Below are positions 9,201 to 18,856 of a stretch of DNA of 64,000 bases, piece after piece. Made by a program: the position numbers and the translations under genes. The notes under the pieces are model-generated. The model was not told the DNA's origin. It made no database searches and saw only the letters and a program-made list of their open reading frames with translations. The stretch is from NCBI GenBank assembly GCA_018267385.1, contig JAFDYN010000002.1:130548-194547 (forward strand), written 5' to 3'. This DNA comes from Bacteroidota bacterium (GTDB lineage: Bacteria > Bacteroidota > Bacteroidia > Chitinophagales > LD1). The stretch's first letter is position 1. Each line of letters opens with the position of its first letter.

Positions 9201-11820
9201 AAAACTCGATGTAGAATCAACTACCTCTCCTGCCTTCAAGCTCGTAGATGGTACGCAGGGCACAGGCAAGGTACTGACCAGTGATGCAAGTGGCAATGCG
9301 ACATGGCAGACACCTGCAGCATCGGGCGGTGGCAGCTCAGACAGCACGATCTATAAAGCTGATGGTACTCTGACCGGCAACCGCACCGTGGTCATGGCGG
9401 ATAAGAACCTGACCTTTACTGCTACTACGGGTAAGTTCAGCTATACACCTACTGTGATCGGTAGTGTAGCCATGGGTAGGTCTGTGACATCCGGTGGAGA
9501 CATGAGTTTCGCGACGGGAGTTTTTACTACGTCCTCAGGCAGCCAATCTTTTGCGGGGGGCTCACAGACGATCGCATCTGGCGGACAAAGCTTTGCCATG
9601 GGTAATACTGACACTGCCTCGGGCAGTCAGAGTGCTGTATTCGGGCAATACAGTAAGGCGCTGGGCAGCAATAGTTTCGTGGCAGGTCAAAACTCTGTGG
9701 CTATAGGCAGTAGCGCCGCTGCCTTTGGCTGGGCCAATAATGCGGGTAATAACCAGACCTTTGCGCAAGGGCAGAATACAACAGCTAGTGGCGTAGATGC
9801 GGCATCTTTTGGCTATCAGACCTTGGCATCCGGCTATGCTAGTATGGCTGTGAATGCCGGCAACTCTGCCACACAGAATTATACCTTCGCTGCAGGCTAT
9901 CAGAATATAGCCTCTCAAAATGCAGCAGCAGCTTTTGGTCAAAGCGATACAGCCTCAGGTATGCAGAGCGCTGTATTTGGCCAGTATAATAAAGCCTCAG
10001 GATTCCAGAGCTTTGTATCAGGATCTAGCTCTACGGCCATAGGTACCAATGCTGCCTCATTCGGCTTGAGCAATGCCTCGTCAAACAATCAGACCTTTAC
10101 ACAAGGGCAAGGTAACACTGCAAGTGCCAGCAATGCCGCCGCGTTTGGGGTGCAGACCACAGCCTCCGGACAGGCCAGTATGGCTATCAACTCAGGTACC
10201 GCCGCCACTACCAATTACGCATTTGCCGCAGGCAGCCAGACCATCGCATCGGGTATAGCCAGCGCGGCATTTGGCCAGAGTGATACCGCCATGGGTAACC
10301 AGAGTGCAGCATTCGGCTCCAACAGCAAAGTGCAGGGCAGCAATAGTTTTGTGGCGGGGCAGTCTGTGACTGCTATCGGCAGCAATGCGGCGGCGTTTGG
10401 ATCAGGCAGTAGTGCGGGCAATAGCTCTACTTTTGCCGCTGGCCAGAATGCATCTGCCAGTGGCTTTGGGGCCGTAGCGATGGGTACACAGACCAGTGCC
10501 AGCGGCTCCAGCAGTATGGCTGTAAACGCCAGTACCACAGCCAGCCAGAGCTATGCCTTTGCTGCAGGCAACCAAACAGTAGCATCCGGCTCGGCTAGTG
10601 CTGCCTTTGGCCAGAGCGACACTGCTCAGGGTTTCAATAGTGCATCATTTGGCAACTACAACAGGGCTGCAGGAAGCCAGAGCTTTGTGGCGGGCGGCTA
10701 CTCAGTGGTGACCGGCAGCAATGCTGCCAGCTTTGGAGGCAACAACAATGTGTCCGGCAATCTGGCCTTTGCTGCTGGTAGCAACCATACCGTGAGTAGT
10801 AGCGGAGCAGCAGCATTTGGCAGTTATAATGTCGTATCGGGCAATGCAAGTTTTGCAACAGGCCAGTACAATACGGCATCCGGCTTTCAGAGTTTTGCCA
10901 CCGGCACAAACAATAAAGCTACCAACGGGCAATCATTTGTGGCCAATGAAAACAATGTGGCAAAGGGTTCAGACGCTACTGCGTTTGGCATCAATGACTC
11001 CGCTAACGGGGACCGGAGCTTTGTGATCGGCACAAACAACAAAGGCACTAACGCACAGTCCTTCGCCGCAGGAGAGTTTAACGTTACCAAAGGCCAGTCT
11101 GCCGCCGCATTTGGTGCTGGCGATTCTGCTAATGGCAATTTCTCATTTGTGTCTGGGATAGGCAGCACTGCTGCATCATACGGTGAGACCGTGATAGGCG
11201 CTTACGCCACCCAGTACACTCCGGCCAGCACTACTGCATGGCAGTCCAGCGACAGGCTATTTACGATAGGCAATGGCCAATCTTATGCCCGGGCAGATGC
11301 CATGGTAGTGATGAAGAATGGCAATACAGGGATAGGTACCAACGCCCCTACTGCCTTACTCTCGGTAAATGGATCTGCCAATAATGCTACAGGGGCGTGG
11401 GGAGTTTTCTCCGACAGCAGGATCAAGACAGTGGAAGGCGAATTCACCGATGGCCTCAATGTGATCAACCGCCTGCGACCGGTCACATTCCGCTACAATG
11501 CTAATGCACCGTATCAGGCAGATGGCGCGCAGATAGGTGTGATAGCGCAGGAGCTGGAGCAGGTAGCTCCCTATATGGTATCTCAGCGGGACTACAAAAA
11601 CATCTCCGGCCTGCGCCAAGTCAATAATCAGGCTTACACCTTTATCCTCATCAATGCCGTGAAGGAACAACAGGCCGAGATAGAACGCCTCAATGCACGA
11701 AATAAAATGCTGGAAGACCAGATGAAAGCCAGTGACAATAAGCATGACCAAGTGATCCGGACCATGAAAGCGCAGATAGATGCCATCAACGAACGCCTGA
11801 ATATAACTACGGTGAAATAG
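6220..11820 (+). CDS. giant secreted surface protein: collagen-like triple-helix repeats + YadA-head-like adhesin repeats + C-terminal tail-fibre intramolecular chaperone (peptidase S74-like) domain
   Basis: 1866 aa with an N-terminal signal peptide ([21 protein letters not shown]) and about 630 aa of Gly-X-Y repeats. A long array of SFA.G..N.ASG-type repeats follows. The C terminus has SDSRIK...VTFRY...[15 protein letters not shown] and then a coiled coil. Confidence 0.9.
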   Translation: MKKVPILLCAFLLSFISFAQAPPQGISYQAVVRNASGAIVANTHVSIRFTIHDQTATGTVVFQETHAQNTNQFGLFNAVIGTGGGNLGTVAWGSGPKFLQVEVDINGGGSYTDMGTNQLMSVPYALYAGNGGGGATGATGPRGATGATGGVGNTGPTGATGAGGGATGPTGNDGATGAQGPTGATGSNGATGAQGNTGPMGPTGNDGPAGPTGGDGMTGPQGNTGADGVTGPTGADGITGPQGNTGTDGSTGPTGPTGPTGSGGGATGPTGLTGPTGPSGVGGGATGPTGPSGNDGATGPTGPSGIDGVTGPTGAGITGPTGPAGIDGATGPTGSGGGATGPTGPTGPTGVGGGATGPTGPSGNDGVTGPTGANGTNGATGPSGADGVTGPTGANGTNGNTGPTGPSGADGAAGSTGAQGPTGPTGTGGGATGPTGPTGPSGNDGAAGATGVQGVTGPTGANGLNGATGPSGADGAAGPTGPTGATGVGGGATGPTGPSGNDGATGASGAQGITGPTGANGLNGATGPSGADGATGPTGPTGATGVGGGATGPTGPSGVDGVAGSTGAPGITGPTGANGINGATGPSGIDGAAGPTGPTGATGVGGGATGPTGPTGSNGNNGATGPSGADGSAGPTGAQGATGAQGTTGAQGPAGNDGATGPQGNTGSAGPTGSTGAQGPTGAQGPAGSDGATGLQGTTGSAGPTGPAGAQGPTGNAGPTGAQGPAGNDGATGPQGTTGLTGPTGPAGAQGPTGNDGPTGPQGATGPSGSLDAWSLTGNSGTTPGTNFIGTIDSTDFVVKTDNIEAMRVRANRYVGIGTTTPAFPLEVATPSQFAAAIHIIPATTGRRASMQIGDWQALEDVSGNGVRNFAIYQNATGKQRFDIDTNGYIGIGTLKPGSPVVIASPLLNSGVFKVGTLSTDPDETWWMGFNSSVNTLLAPSSADGTDRARIGVNLDGTGRGRLFFTTGNAGTQVERMRIDETGLVGIGTSTPTTKLDVESTTSPAFKLVDGTQGTGKVLTSDASGNATWQTPAASGGGSSDSTIYKADGTLTGNRTVVMADKNLTFTATTGKFSYTPTVIGSVAMGRSVTSGGDMSFATGVFTTSSGSQSFAGGSQTIASGGQSFAMGNTDTASGSQSAVFGQYSKALGSNSFVAGQNSVAIGSSAAAFGWANNAGNNQTFAQGQNTTASGVDAASFGYQTLASGYASMAVNAGNSATQNYTFAAGYQNIASQNAAAAFGQSDTASGMQSAVFGQYNKASGFQSFVSGSSSTAIGTNAASFGLSNASSNNQTFTQGQGNTASASNAAAFGVQTTASGQASMAINSGTAATTNYAFAAGSQTIASGIASAAFGQSDTAMGNQSAAFGSNSKVQGSNSFVAGQSVTAIGSNAAAFGSGSSAGNSSTFAAGQNASASGFGAVAMGTQTSASGSSSMAVNASTTASQSYAFAAGNQTVASGSASAAFGQSDTAQGFNSASFGNYNRAAGSQSFVAGGYSVVTGSNAASFGGNNNVSGNLAFAAGSNHTVSSSGAAAFGSYNVVSGNASFATGQYNTASGFQSFATGTNNKATNGQSFVANENNVAKGSDATAFGINDSANGDRSFVIGTNNKGTNAQSFAAGEFNVTKGQSAAAFGAGDSANGNFSFVSGIGSTAASYGETVIGAYATQYTPASTTAWQSSDRLFTIGNGQSYARADAMVVMKNGNTGIGTNAPTALLSVNGSANNATGAWGVFSDSRIKTVEGEFTDGLNVINRLRPVTFRYNANAPYQADGAQIGVIAQELEQVAPYMVSQRDYKNISGLRQVNNQAYTFILINAVKEQQAEIERLNARNKMLEDQMKASDNKHDQVIRTMKAQIDAINERLNITTVK
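6610..8526 (+). repeat. collagen-like Gly-X-Y coding repeat region
   Basis: Continuous GXT/GXY triplets interrupted by GGG/VGGG kinks. It contains 174-bp (58-aa) units starting at 7678, 7852 and 8026. 7825..7877 and 7999..8051 are an identical 53-bp pair. Confidence 0.9.
9601..10944 (+). repeat. four tandem 336-bp (112-aa) super-repeats of adhesin-head-like motifs
   Basis: The G(N/Q)(T/S)DTA.G landmark recurs at 9601, 9937, 10273 and 10609, exactly 336 bp apart. The wider degenerate repeat zone is about 9450..11205. Confidence 0.8.
11406..11700 (+). other. peptidase S74-like intramolecular chaperone auto-processing domain (domain of the 6220..11820 CDS)
   Basis: The motif [12 protein letters not shown]...LRPVTFRYN...[16 protein letters not shown] matches the tail-fibre/endosialidase C-terminal chaperone family. 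Confidence 0.7.
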
Positions 11821-11864
11821 CAGGGATAAAATAAAAAAGATAGCTTTCCGTAAAACTCAAAGAG

Positions 11865-12272
11865 ATGAAATACAAGATCGGTACCAAGGAAAAACCAATG
11901 GCGCTCAAAACTCCACCGCACACCTCTGAGTACACTATGCATGCAGATGAGAAGGACGGTAAAGAGATCCTTGTGTGTACAGTAGGTAAAACAGTACTCC
12001 ACTATGATGCCCGCGCTCTCGATGACCTGCATGCCATGCTGAAAAAACATGGCGACTGGATGGAGCTGGGCAGTGCAGATGAGCAGAAGCCTGCCAAAGA
12101 AGGGACGGTAGAGGCATGGGGGCGGTCAGAGCATAACCCTGCAGGTGGCTGGTATGGGCTGAAGAAAGGACTGCGCGGCCGTTTCGGAATGTATATACCA
12201 CCACTGATGGAGGCGCTGGGCCTGGCAGAGGTGACTCACGACCCTAAGGGTAACAGGATGCGGGCGAAATAA
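11865..12272 (+). CDS. conserved small hypothetical protein
   Basis: 135-aa ORF with good coding composition. The GGWYGLKKGLRGRFGMYIPPL motif looks like a widespread uncharacterised family. Confidence 0.6.
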   Translation: MKYKIGTKEKPMALKTPPHTSEYTMHADEKDGKEILVCTVGKTVLHYDARALDDLHAMLKKHGDWMELGSADEQKPAKEGTVEAWGRSEHNPAGGWYGLKKGLRGRFGMYIPPLMEALGLAEVTHDPKGNRMRAK

Positions 12273-12323
12273 ACAGACTATAGATATTGGACTTTAGACA
12301 ATAGACAAGTTATACAAATAAAC

Positions 12324-12347
12324 AGCCGCTCCATGAAGCGGCTATTT
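12324..12347 (+). terminator. putative terminator hairpin
   Basis: AGCCGCT - 6-nt loop - AGCGGCT, followed by ATTTACATT (a weak T tract). Confidence 0.45.
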
Positions 12348-12391
12348 ACATTATAGGATAACCCAAAGTTCAACATGTCCTCATGAGATAA

Positions 12392-12411
12392 AATCCCTAT
12401 AAATAGGGATT
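12392..12411. promoter_or_regulatory. 9-bp inverted repeat upstream of the lipoprotein operon (possible operator)
   Basis: AATCCCTAT-AA-ATAGGGATT lies about 90 bp upstream of the ATG at 12500. Confidence 0.3.
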
Positions 12412-12499
12412 GTACATATTTAATTGAATGTGAAATTTTGCAATGACACTGTACCATATTAGTCATCCCAAAATGATCCTTCAAACCCCAATCCGAAGT

Positions 12500-13345
12500 A
12501 TGAACAAACTATTAGCCGTATGGGCGCTCGTGCTAGTCATAGCAGTAGGTAGCTGCAAAAAAGATCAGACAGATCCTTCTAAGAACACACCTCAATACTG
12601 TGATACCACCATCAGCATCAGCTACTCTCATAGCAGCCACTATGACTATACTCAAGCCACGTTTACAGCCACAGCCTCATCTGACTTTGTGAGCTATACG
12701 TGGAATTTTGGCGATGGTGGTAGTTCATCAGAGCAGAACCCCGTACACCACTATCCGGCAGCAGGTAGTTATAATGTAACCCTGCAGGGAATCACCAAAT
12801 GCCATAATATAGTTAATCTCGATACGACCATCATCATCAGCAGCGCCTATACGTATAAATGGGTGTTCAGCTCCATCCAATATCAGGTATCTGTAGCGGG
12901 CAGCAGTCCGATGATGCTCAGTGACAGCGGTTATTACAACAACGGATACGGCTCAGATATGCTGACAGGAGATACATCGGTCCAGAATGGGGGACATTAT
13001 TTCTTTATCAATCATAATGTCATGAGTAATCCTGCTGTGCAATTTCACTTTTACTTTTTTGCAGGTAACCCTACGGCGTGGGGAGCTCCGCCTGCGGGCA
13101 GCTATGGCGCATCAGGTAGTGGTGGTACCATCAGTTATGGCAGTTATTTACCTTATTACTACTCTGACATATTTGGCCAGCAGTACGGCTCCGTACAGGT
13201 GAGTATCTCCCGCTCTGATAGCGTAGTAGACGGCACCTTTAACATAGCGGCAGTAGATGATGGATACGGCCTCAGTACGACCCCTACCAACATCAATATC
13301 AGCAATGGCTCGTTTCATGTAGCCCGGAGCAGATATTACTACTGA
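12500..13345 (+). CDS. PKD domain-containing lipoprotein
   Basis: The internal ATG at 12500 gives a lipoprotein signal (MNKLLAVWALVLVIAVGSCKKD). The PKD signature is YTWNFGDGGSSSEQNPVHHYPAAGSYNVTL. Confidence 0.75.
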   Translation: MNKLLAVWALVLVIAVGSCKKDQTDPSKNTPQYCDTTISISYSHSSHYDYTQATFTATASSDFVSYTWNFGDGGSSSEQNPVHHYPAAGSYNVTLQGITKCHNIVNLDTTIIISSAYTYKWVFSSIQYQVSVAGSSPMMLSDSGYYNNGYGSDMLTGDTSVQNGGHYFFINHNVMSNPAVQFHFYFFAGNPTAWGAPPAGSYGASGSGGTISYGSYLPYYYSDIFGQQYGSVQVSISRSDSVVDGTFNIAAVDDGYGLSTTPTNINISNGSFHVARSRYYY

Positions 13346-13452
13346 TGCGACATCTTACGAAATGTAGCAGCATAGAGAATGGCGCCTCCGGTGCCCAGAA
13401 TACTTCGTCTAAAAATTCACAGGTCAGATAATTACAACGCCCTAAAATAGAA

Positions 13453-14136
13453 ATGATGAAAAATGTAATTAATGTCTTTGCGGCTTTACTTCTTGTCTTA
13501 GCGATAGCTGGCTGCAAAAAAGGCGGCTGGTCGTGTAGCGGGAGTAGCTGCTACTCCGTGGAAGGTGGAGACTTTGCTAGTCAAAGCAGCTGTGAAAGCT
13601 ACTGCAGTAGCAATGGCGGCGGCGGCGGCGGCGGTGGCGGTGGTGGTGGTGGTGGTGGTAATAATTGCACCTACTCCACATACTCAGGCAGCAGTTGCAG
13701 TTCTGGCTACGTACAGGTGAGCGCTACTACCTGCTGTCCGTCCTCCTCTCCGTACTGGTGCTCAGGTACGAACAGTTGCTATAGCAGTTGCGCTTCGGCT
13801 GCAGCAAATTGCAGTGGTAGTGTAGTCTTGGGTTCTTATGGCAGCGGAGGAGGTGGAGGAGGAGGAGGTGGTGGTGGTGGCTCTACCGGTCAGCTGATGG
13901 TATGGACGGCTACTGACTGGCAGTGCGGGACGATAAGTGTCAGCTGCGGAGGCTACTCCGGTGGCGTGAGCCAGTACTACTATTCCGGTACACCTAGCTG
14001 CGGAGCTTCTGGTTGTGCCACTTTTACACTGGCACCCGGTACCTATACTGTGTCGGCTAGTTGCTCCAGTCGCAGCTGGCCTGGTGGTACGTATACTGTG
14101 ACTGCAGGCGGATGCAATACTGTAAAACTAAACTAG
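13453..14136 (+). CDS. Cys- and Gly/Ser-rich lipoprotein with two poly-glycine tracts
   Basis: Signal plus lipobox (LVLAIAGCKKGG), about 20 Cys residues, and two Gly runs. Confidence 0.65.
   Translation: MMKNVINVFAALLLVLAIAGCKKGGWSCSGSSCYSVEGGDFASQSSCESYCSSNGGGGGGGGGGGGGGGNNCTYSTYSGSSCSSGYVQVSATTCCPSSSPYWCSGTNSCYSSCASAAANCSGSVVLGSYGSGGGGGGGGGGGGSTGQLMVWTATDWQCGTISVSCGGYSGGVSQYYYSGTPSCGASGCATFTLAPGTYTVSASCSSRSWPGGTYTVTAGGCNTVKLN
13615..13659 (+). repeat. GGC/GGT trinucleotide tract encoding 15 consecutive Gly
   Basis: (GGC)6 GGT GGC then (GGT)7, read directly from the sequence. Confidence 0.85.
13846..13881 (+). repeat. GGA/GGT/GGC trinucleotide tract encoding a second poly-Gly run
   Basis: GGAGGAGGTGGAGGAGGAGGAGGTGGTGGTGGTGGC, read directly from the sequence. 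Confidence 0.85.
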
Positions 14137-14139
14137 CGG

Positions 14140-14625
14140 ATGAAAGCCCCCTACACGCCATGGCTGGCAGCCATCACAGCACTTTTGATCGCTCAGGTAG
14201 CGCTGACGGGATATATGACCTTTGGCAAGGGCAGAGAAAGTGCTACCACTATGGAGCATGCGCCCATAGGTGGACAGCCGTCGCTGAGATCTATGCCAGA
14301 TCTACCTAAGACGAATATTTCATTCTTACAGACGGTACATGATTTCGGAGTGATAAAAGACGACAAGAAGCAATACGCCACTTTTGATTTTGTCAATAAG
14401 GGTAAAGAACCGCTGCTGATACTCAGTGCCGAGGGTAGCTGTGGCTGTACGGTACCTACGTGGCCTCGGGAACCGGTAGCACCAGGTAAGACCGGCAAAA
14501 TAGAAGTGTCCTTTGATCCAAATGGCAAGACCGGTGAGCACACCAAAATAGTGACCATCACAGCAAACACTGATCCTCAAACCACGATTCTAACTATCAA
14601 AGCCACAATTGTAAAAAGCAATTAA
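14140..14625 (+). CDS. DUF1573 domain-containing membrane-anchored protein
   Basis: N-terminal TM segment, then HDFGVI....FDFVNKGKEPLLI....GSCGCTVP.W...PVAPG..G.I.V.F, typical of DUF1573. It starts 3 nt after the previous gene. Confidence 0.8.
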   Translation: MKAPYTPWLAAITALLIAQVALTGYMTFGKGRESATTMEHAPIGGQPSLRSMPDLPKTNISFLQTVHDFGVIKDDKKQYATFDFVNKGKEPLLILSAEGSCGCTVPTWPREPVAPGKTGKIEVSFDPNGKTGEHTKIVTITANTDPQTTILTIKATIVKSN

Positions 14626-14635
14626 AACTCTCGAT

Positions 14636-16051
14636 ATGAAAAAATATCTGATCATTAGTATCGCGCTGGTATGTATAGTATTGGGCAGCTGCAAAAAAGA
14701 CTCCTCTGGTCACCATATTTCCGGGCAGGTACTCGACGAAAATGGCAACGCCGTAAGCGGTGCTACCGTCACCTACAGGTCGGGCAGGACCACTACAGAT
14801 GCATCGGGCAACTTTAGTTTCTCCAATATAGCGAGTGGGGCGATCCAGCTCAAAGCGGAAGCCTCCGGCTATTTTGTGAATTACAAAAACGTGGAAAATA
14901 TAGATGGCTCCGGCGTACAGGCCCAGATAGTCCTGCTGACCAAAAATACTATCGGAGCTCTGAATGCCACTGCCGGTGGCACTGCCGGTGCTACGGGTCT
15001 CAGGGTGATAGCTCCTGCCAATGCATTTACTACAGCCGGCGGAGCCGTGTATACAGGCAACGTATTTGTAAATGCGCGGTATATAGACAAAAACAATAGT
15101 AAGATAGCGGACCTGATGCCAGGCGGGGACTTTGCAGCGACCGATGCCGGCGGTGCCGAGGGGGGTATGAGAACTTATGGATTTGTAGCTACCGAATTCA
15201 CCGATGCAGATGGCAATGTGCTCACACCTGACAATACCGTAAAAACTGCCGTCACTCTACCGGGCGGTGTGGCTGATCCGGCTACGACCGGCGCGCAGGC
15301 CTGGGCATATGACCAGGCTACTGGCAGGTGGGGATCACCCACGCAGATCACCACTGCGGCCAATGAATACTACCTGCCCTGCATCACGCTGTATCAGAAT
15401 ATAGACGCATTTGTTCCCACAGGTACGATAGAGGGCACCGTGACTTGTAGCAGTGGCGCACCGGCCGCCTACGTACCTATCACCATCGAGAGCCAATACG
15501 ATAAATACGTAACCGTGACCAATCAAAACGGCAAATATAAGGCCAAGGTAGAAGCTACAAATGGTAGCTGGTCTTATACCATATCCGCTACAGGCGGCAC
15601 GTCCATCACTGTGAGCACTGTGCCGGCCAATCAGACCACTACCGCACCAGATCTCACGGAGAGCCAGTGTAGCAGTGGTGGTGGCGGTAGTGGCGGCTCA
15701 GGACAATTTACGTATGGGGGAGGGAGCTATAGCGGGATGTGCGCCTCTGTAGCTGATGTCAGCGGCAGCGGGGGTATAGATGTCACTATCGCCACGGGTA
15801 GTGGTGCCAGCTTTATCATCTACAATATGCCTACAGCCAGCAGCGGTACATATAGTTTCACAGACGGCTGGACGAATGTCAATACAAGTGCGCTATACGC
15901 GCTGTGTAATGTGGGCAATGGTTCGAGTCAAACCGCCTCTCAGAACGGTACGGTGACCAAAACGGGGCCGAATAGTTTTACATTCTCCTGTACGATGAGC
16001 GACATCATATCCGGACAGACGTATAGTGCATCGGGCAGCGGAACCTATTGA
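14636..16051 (+). CDS. carboxypeptidase-regulatory-like domain lipoprotein
   Basis: Lipoprotein signal (VLGSCKKD) and a CarboxypepD_reg-like motif ISGQVLDENGNAVSGATVTY....TTDASGNFSFSNI. Confidence 0.7.
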   Translation: MKKYLIISIALVCIVLGSCKKDSSGHHISGQVLDENGNAVSGATVTYRSGRTTTDASGNFSFSNIASGAIQLKAEASGYFVNYKNVENIDGSGVQAQIVLLTKNTIGALNATAGGTAGATGLRVIAPANAFTTAGGAVYTGNVFVNARYIDKNNSKIADLMPGGDFAATDAGGAEGGMRTYGFVATEFTDADGNVLTPDNTVKTAVTLPGGVADPATTGAQAWAYDQATGRWGSPTQITTAANEYYLPCITLYQNIDAFVPTGTIEGTVTCSSGAPAAYVPITIESQYDKYVTVTNQNGKYKAKVEATNGSWSYTISATGGTSITVSTVPANQTTTAPDLTESQCSSGGGGSGGSGQFTYGGGSYSGMCASVADVSGSGGIDVTIATGSGASFIIYNMPTASSGTYSFTDGWTNVNTSALYALCNVGNGSSQTASQNGTVTKTGPNSFTFSCTMSDIISGQTYSASGSGTY

Positions 16052-16136
16052 CAGCTCCGTGAGCGGTCTTCTCAACTTTTGGCCATAAAATGGCTCAACA
16101 ATGCTTGATCATATTTATGCCTACTGGAACATTGTC

Positions 16137-16162
16137 AAACAGCCACCTACCGGTGGCTGTTT
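16137..16162. terminator. bidirectional terminator hairpin between convergent genes
   Basis: AAACAGCCACC - TACC - GGTGGCTGTTT. Confidence 0.6.
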
Positions 16163-16193
16163 GCATTTAAGGTTATTGTCTGATGGCTATTAC

Positions 16194-16517
16194 CTATTTA
16201 GATCCAAACAGGTTTTTGAATTTATCATTCAGCTGCGCAGACAGATCATTCAGCGACTTCTCTATATCGTTCAGCGCCTTCTTTCCTTCTGCTTCCAGAT
16301 TTTGAAAGTCTTCCGACTCGCGCACTTCTTTGGCCTTAGCCTCTACCTGAGAGCGCGTCTCATTGATCAGAACCTCAGCCTGCTGAGATACCTCGTCGGC
16401 TTTGATCGTGGCTATCTTGCCGGCAGTGGTGGCCAGCTTCTCCAGTTCAGCCTGCAGGTTAGAGAGGTGCTTCTTGCCGTCATTGAGCAGTTCGTTGATG
16501 TTATTGTTGTTTTCCAT
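16194..16517 (-). CDS. small coiled-coil hypothetical protein
   Basis: 107 aa, rich in E, K, A and L with heptad character. It is preferred over the overlapping plus-strand ORF, which has junk composition. Confidence 0.55.
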   Translation of the reverse strand: MENNNNINELLNDGKKHLSNLQAELEKLATTAGKIATIKADEVSQQAEVLINETRSQVEAKAKEVRESEDFQNLEAEGKKALNDIEKSLNDLSAQLNDKFKNLFGSK

Positions 16518-16772
16518 GTTTGCGTTTTAGTTGGTTTAAAGGTAAGAGATTTCTGTATAAGACGTTTGCATGCCGCCGCGTATTGCAAATGCTGTGCCCA
16601 CCGCCATTCTGTCAGGTAGAGTCCCTTGGCACAGTCTTTTACAGACAATAAAAACCAGTCCAGTCCGTCCATCTATACATTCCGGCACTGCCAGTGTGGC
16701 CATGTGGAGACAGTAGGTTGGATTTATTGGATATATTTATCAAACTTTGACAAAAATCGAGATACATAGGTT

Positions 16773-17474
16773 ATGAATTTGAAGGAAGCACAAGACTTTA
16801 AGAACTACGCGGTGAAGCATCATGGTATGAGCAGCATGCACCTCGAGAAATATATGAACGCTACCGCCCAGAGCGGTATCCAGAACCTGACCCGCACCGT
16901 GATAGAGGAGCGCCAGATGCCCTTCCGTGAGGTAGACGTATTCAGCCGCCTGATGATGGACCGTATCATATTCCTCGGTACCGAGGTCAATGACTATATC
17001 GCGAGCATCATACAGGCGCAGCTCCTCTTTCTGGAGAGCTCTGATGCGCGCTCTGACGTGCAGATTTACATTCACTCTCCTGGCGGTGAGGTCTACTCAG
17101 GCCTCGGCATATATGATACTATGCAGTACGTCAATATGGACGTAGCGACTATATGCACCGGTATGGCAGCGTCTATGGCAGCTGTACTGCTCTGCGCTGG
17201 AGAGAAAGGCAAGCGTACTGCGCTGAAACACGCCCGTGTGATGATACACCAGCCACTCGGCGGTATAGGCGGCAAGACCGCAGACATCCTTATCTCTGTG
17301 AATGAGATGAAGAAGATCAAGGAGGAGCTCTACGATATCATCTCTGAGCACTCAGGCCAGCCGCTGGAGAAAGTGCAGCGCGACAGCGACCGCGACTACT
17401 GGATGCGCGCGCAGGAGGCCAAGGAGTATGGCATGATAGATGAGGTACTCATCCGTAATAATAAAAAAGACTAA
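16773..17474 (+). CDS. clpP: ATP-dependent Clp protease proteolytic subunit
   Basis: DRIIFLG, IYIHSPGGEVYSGLGIYDTMQ, MAASMAAVLL and MIHQPLGG are all ClpP hallmarks. Confidence 0.95.
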   Translation: MNLKEAQDFKNYAVKHHGMSSMHLEKYMNATAQSGIQNLTRTVIEERQMPFREVDVFSRLMMDRIIFLGTEVNDYIASIIQAQLLFLESSDARSDVQIYIHSPGGEVYSGLGIYDTMQYVNMDVATICTGMAASMAAVLLCAGEKGKRTALKHARVMIHQPLGGIGGKTADILISVNEMKKIKEELYDIISEHSGQPLEKVQRDSDRDYWMRAQEAKEYGMIDEVLIRNNKKD

Positions 17475-17560
17475 ATCAGCCCTTTACAAGGTTTAAATGG
17501 TACCCCTTGAGGTGTTTAGCCAACATATCAGGGGGTATTTCCGTATATTTGTAGTATAAT

Positions 17561-18793
17561 ATGAAAAAAGAAGCCGAACAGTCGTGCTCTTTCTGTGGGA
17601 GGAAAAAGCGTGAAACACAGATCCTGATCTCAGGCATAGAGGGTCAGATATGCGACCAGTGCGTGGCACAGGCGCAGCAGATCATAGATGAGGAGCTCTT
17701 CCAGAAGGCAAAGAAGTTCCAGTACTCCCTACCTAATGGGGTCAAGCCAAAAGATATCGCGGCCTTTCTCGATCAGTATGTGATCGGCCAGGATGAGGCT
17801 AAGAAATACCTCTCCGTAGCCGTGTACAACCACTACAAGAGGCTCAATCAGCGCAAGGATGACGATGTAGAGATAGAGAAATCTAACATCATCATGGCCG
17901 GTCAGACCGGTACGGGTAAAACCCTCCTGGCGCGTACTATTGCGAAGTTCCTGAATGTGCCGTTTGCTATCGTAGATGCGACGGTATTTACCGAGGCGGG
18001 CTATGTGGGTGAGGACGTGGAGAGCATTCTCTCGCGCCTGCTGCAGGTGTGCAACTATGACGTAAAAGCGGCTGAGCATGGTATCATCTACATAGATGAA
18101 ATAGACAAGATCAGCCGCAAGAGCGACAATCCATCTATCACACGTGACGTATCTGGCGAGGGCGTACAGCAGGCCATGCTGAAGCTACTCGAAGGTACTG
18201 AAGTACTCGTGCCACCACAAGGTGGCCGCAAGCACCCTGAAGCAAAGATGGTAAAGGTAGATACGTCAAACATCCTCTTCATCTGCGGTGGTGCCTTCGA
18301 AGGGATCGACAAGGTGATAGCCCAGCGGATGAACCAGGCTAAGATCGGATTTAAAAAGGGCAAGGATAAGGACAAGGTGGATAATGAGAATTACCTCAAG
18401 TATATCAGCCCGTCTGACCTGCGCACCTTTGGCCTGATACCGGAGCTGATAGGCCGTCTGCCGGTGCTGGTACACCTCGATCCGCTGGACAAGGAGACGC
18501 TGCTCTCCATCCTCCTGGAGCCTAAGAATGCGCTGGTAAAGCAATACAAGAAGATCTTCAAATCAGAAGGCATAGAGCTGACCTTCACAGACGAGGCTAT
18601 GGACTACATCGTGTCAAAGGCCCTGGAATTCCAGCTCGGTGCGCGTGGGCTACGCTCTATCTGCGAGGCTATCATGACCGACGCCATGTTTGAGATGCCA
18701 TCTATCAAGGGTGAGAAAGAATTTGAGATCACGCTAGAGTACGCAGAGGATAAGATCAATAAGACGAATATCAACAGGCTGAAAGTAGCGTAA
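17561..18793 (+). CDS. clpX: ATP-dependent Clp protease ATP-binding subunit
   Basis: N-terminal C4 zinc finger (CSFCGR...CDQC), Walker [18 protein letters not shown] and GARGLRS. Confidence 0.97.
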   Translation: MKKEAEQSCSFCGRKKRETQILISGIEGQICDQCVAQAQQIIDEELFQKAKKFQYSLPNGVKPKDIAAFLDQYVIGQDEAKKYLSVAVYNHYKRLNQRKDDDVEIEKSNIIMAGQTGTGKTLLARTIAKFLNVPFAIVDATVFTEAGYVGEDVESILSRLLQVCNYDVKAAEHGIIYIDEIDKISRKSDNPSITRDVSGEGVQQAMLKLLEGTEVLVPPQGGRKHPEAKMVKVDTSNILFICGGAFEGIDKVIAQRMNQAKIGFKKGKDKDKVDNENYLKYISPSDLRTFGLIPELIGRLPVLVHLDPLDKETLLSILLEPKNALVKQYKKIFKSEGIELTFTDEAMDYIVSKALEFQLGARGLRSICEAIMTDAMFEMPSIKGEKEFEITLEYAEDKINKTNINRLKVA

Positions 18794-18817
18794 AGTGCCC
18801 TTCGGTAAATAATATTT

Positions 18818-18845
18818 AAAGCCCCTCAACTGAGGGGCTTTTTTG
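18818..18845 (+). terminator. rho-independent terminator after clpX
   Basis: AAAGCCCCT-CAACTG-AGGGGCTTTTTT. Confidence 0.8.
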
Positions 18846-18856
18846 TGGCCTGACGT

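Noticed and set aside
6220-11820. Interpreting the tail-fibre-chaperone protein as evidence of a prophage.
   Set aside because: There are no capsid, terminase, portal, baseplate, integrase or lysis genes nearby. The flanks are a sigma factor and lipoprotein genes, and the protein has a Sec signal peptide.
16101-16619. 172-aa plus-strand ORF overlapping the 107-aa minus-strand ORF.
   Set aside because: The plus-strand product is Leu/Arg/Phe-rich junk that crosses the bidirectional terminator. The minus-strand coiled-coil protein has a plausible start and composition.
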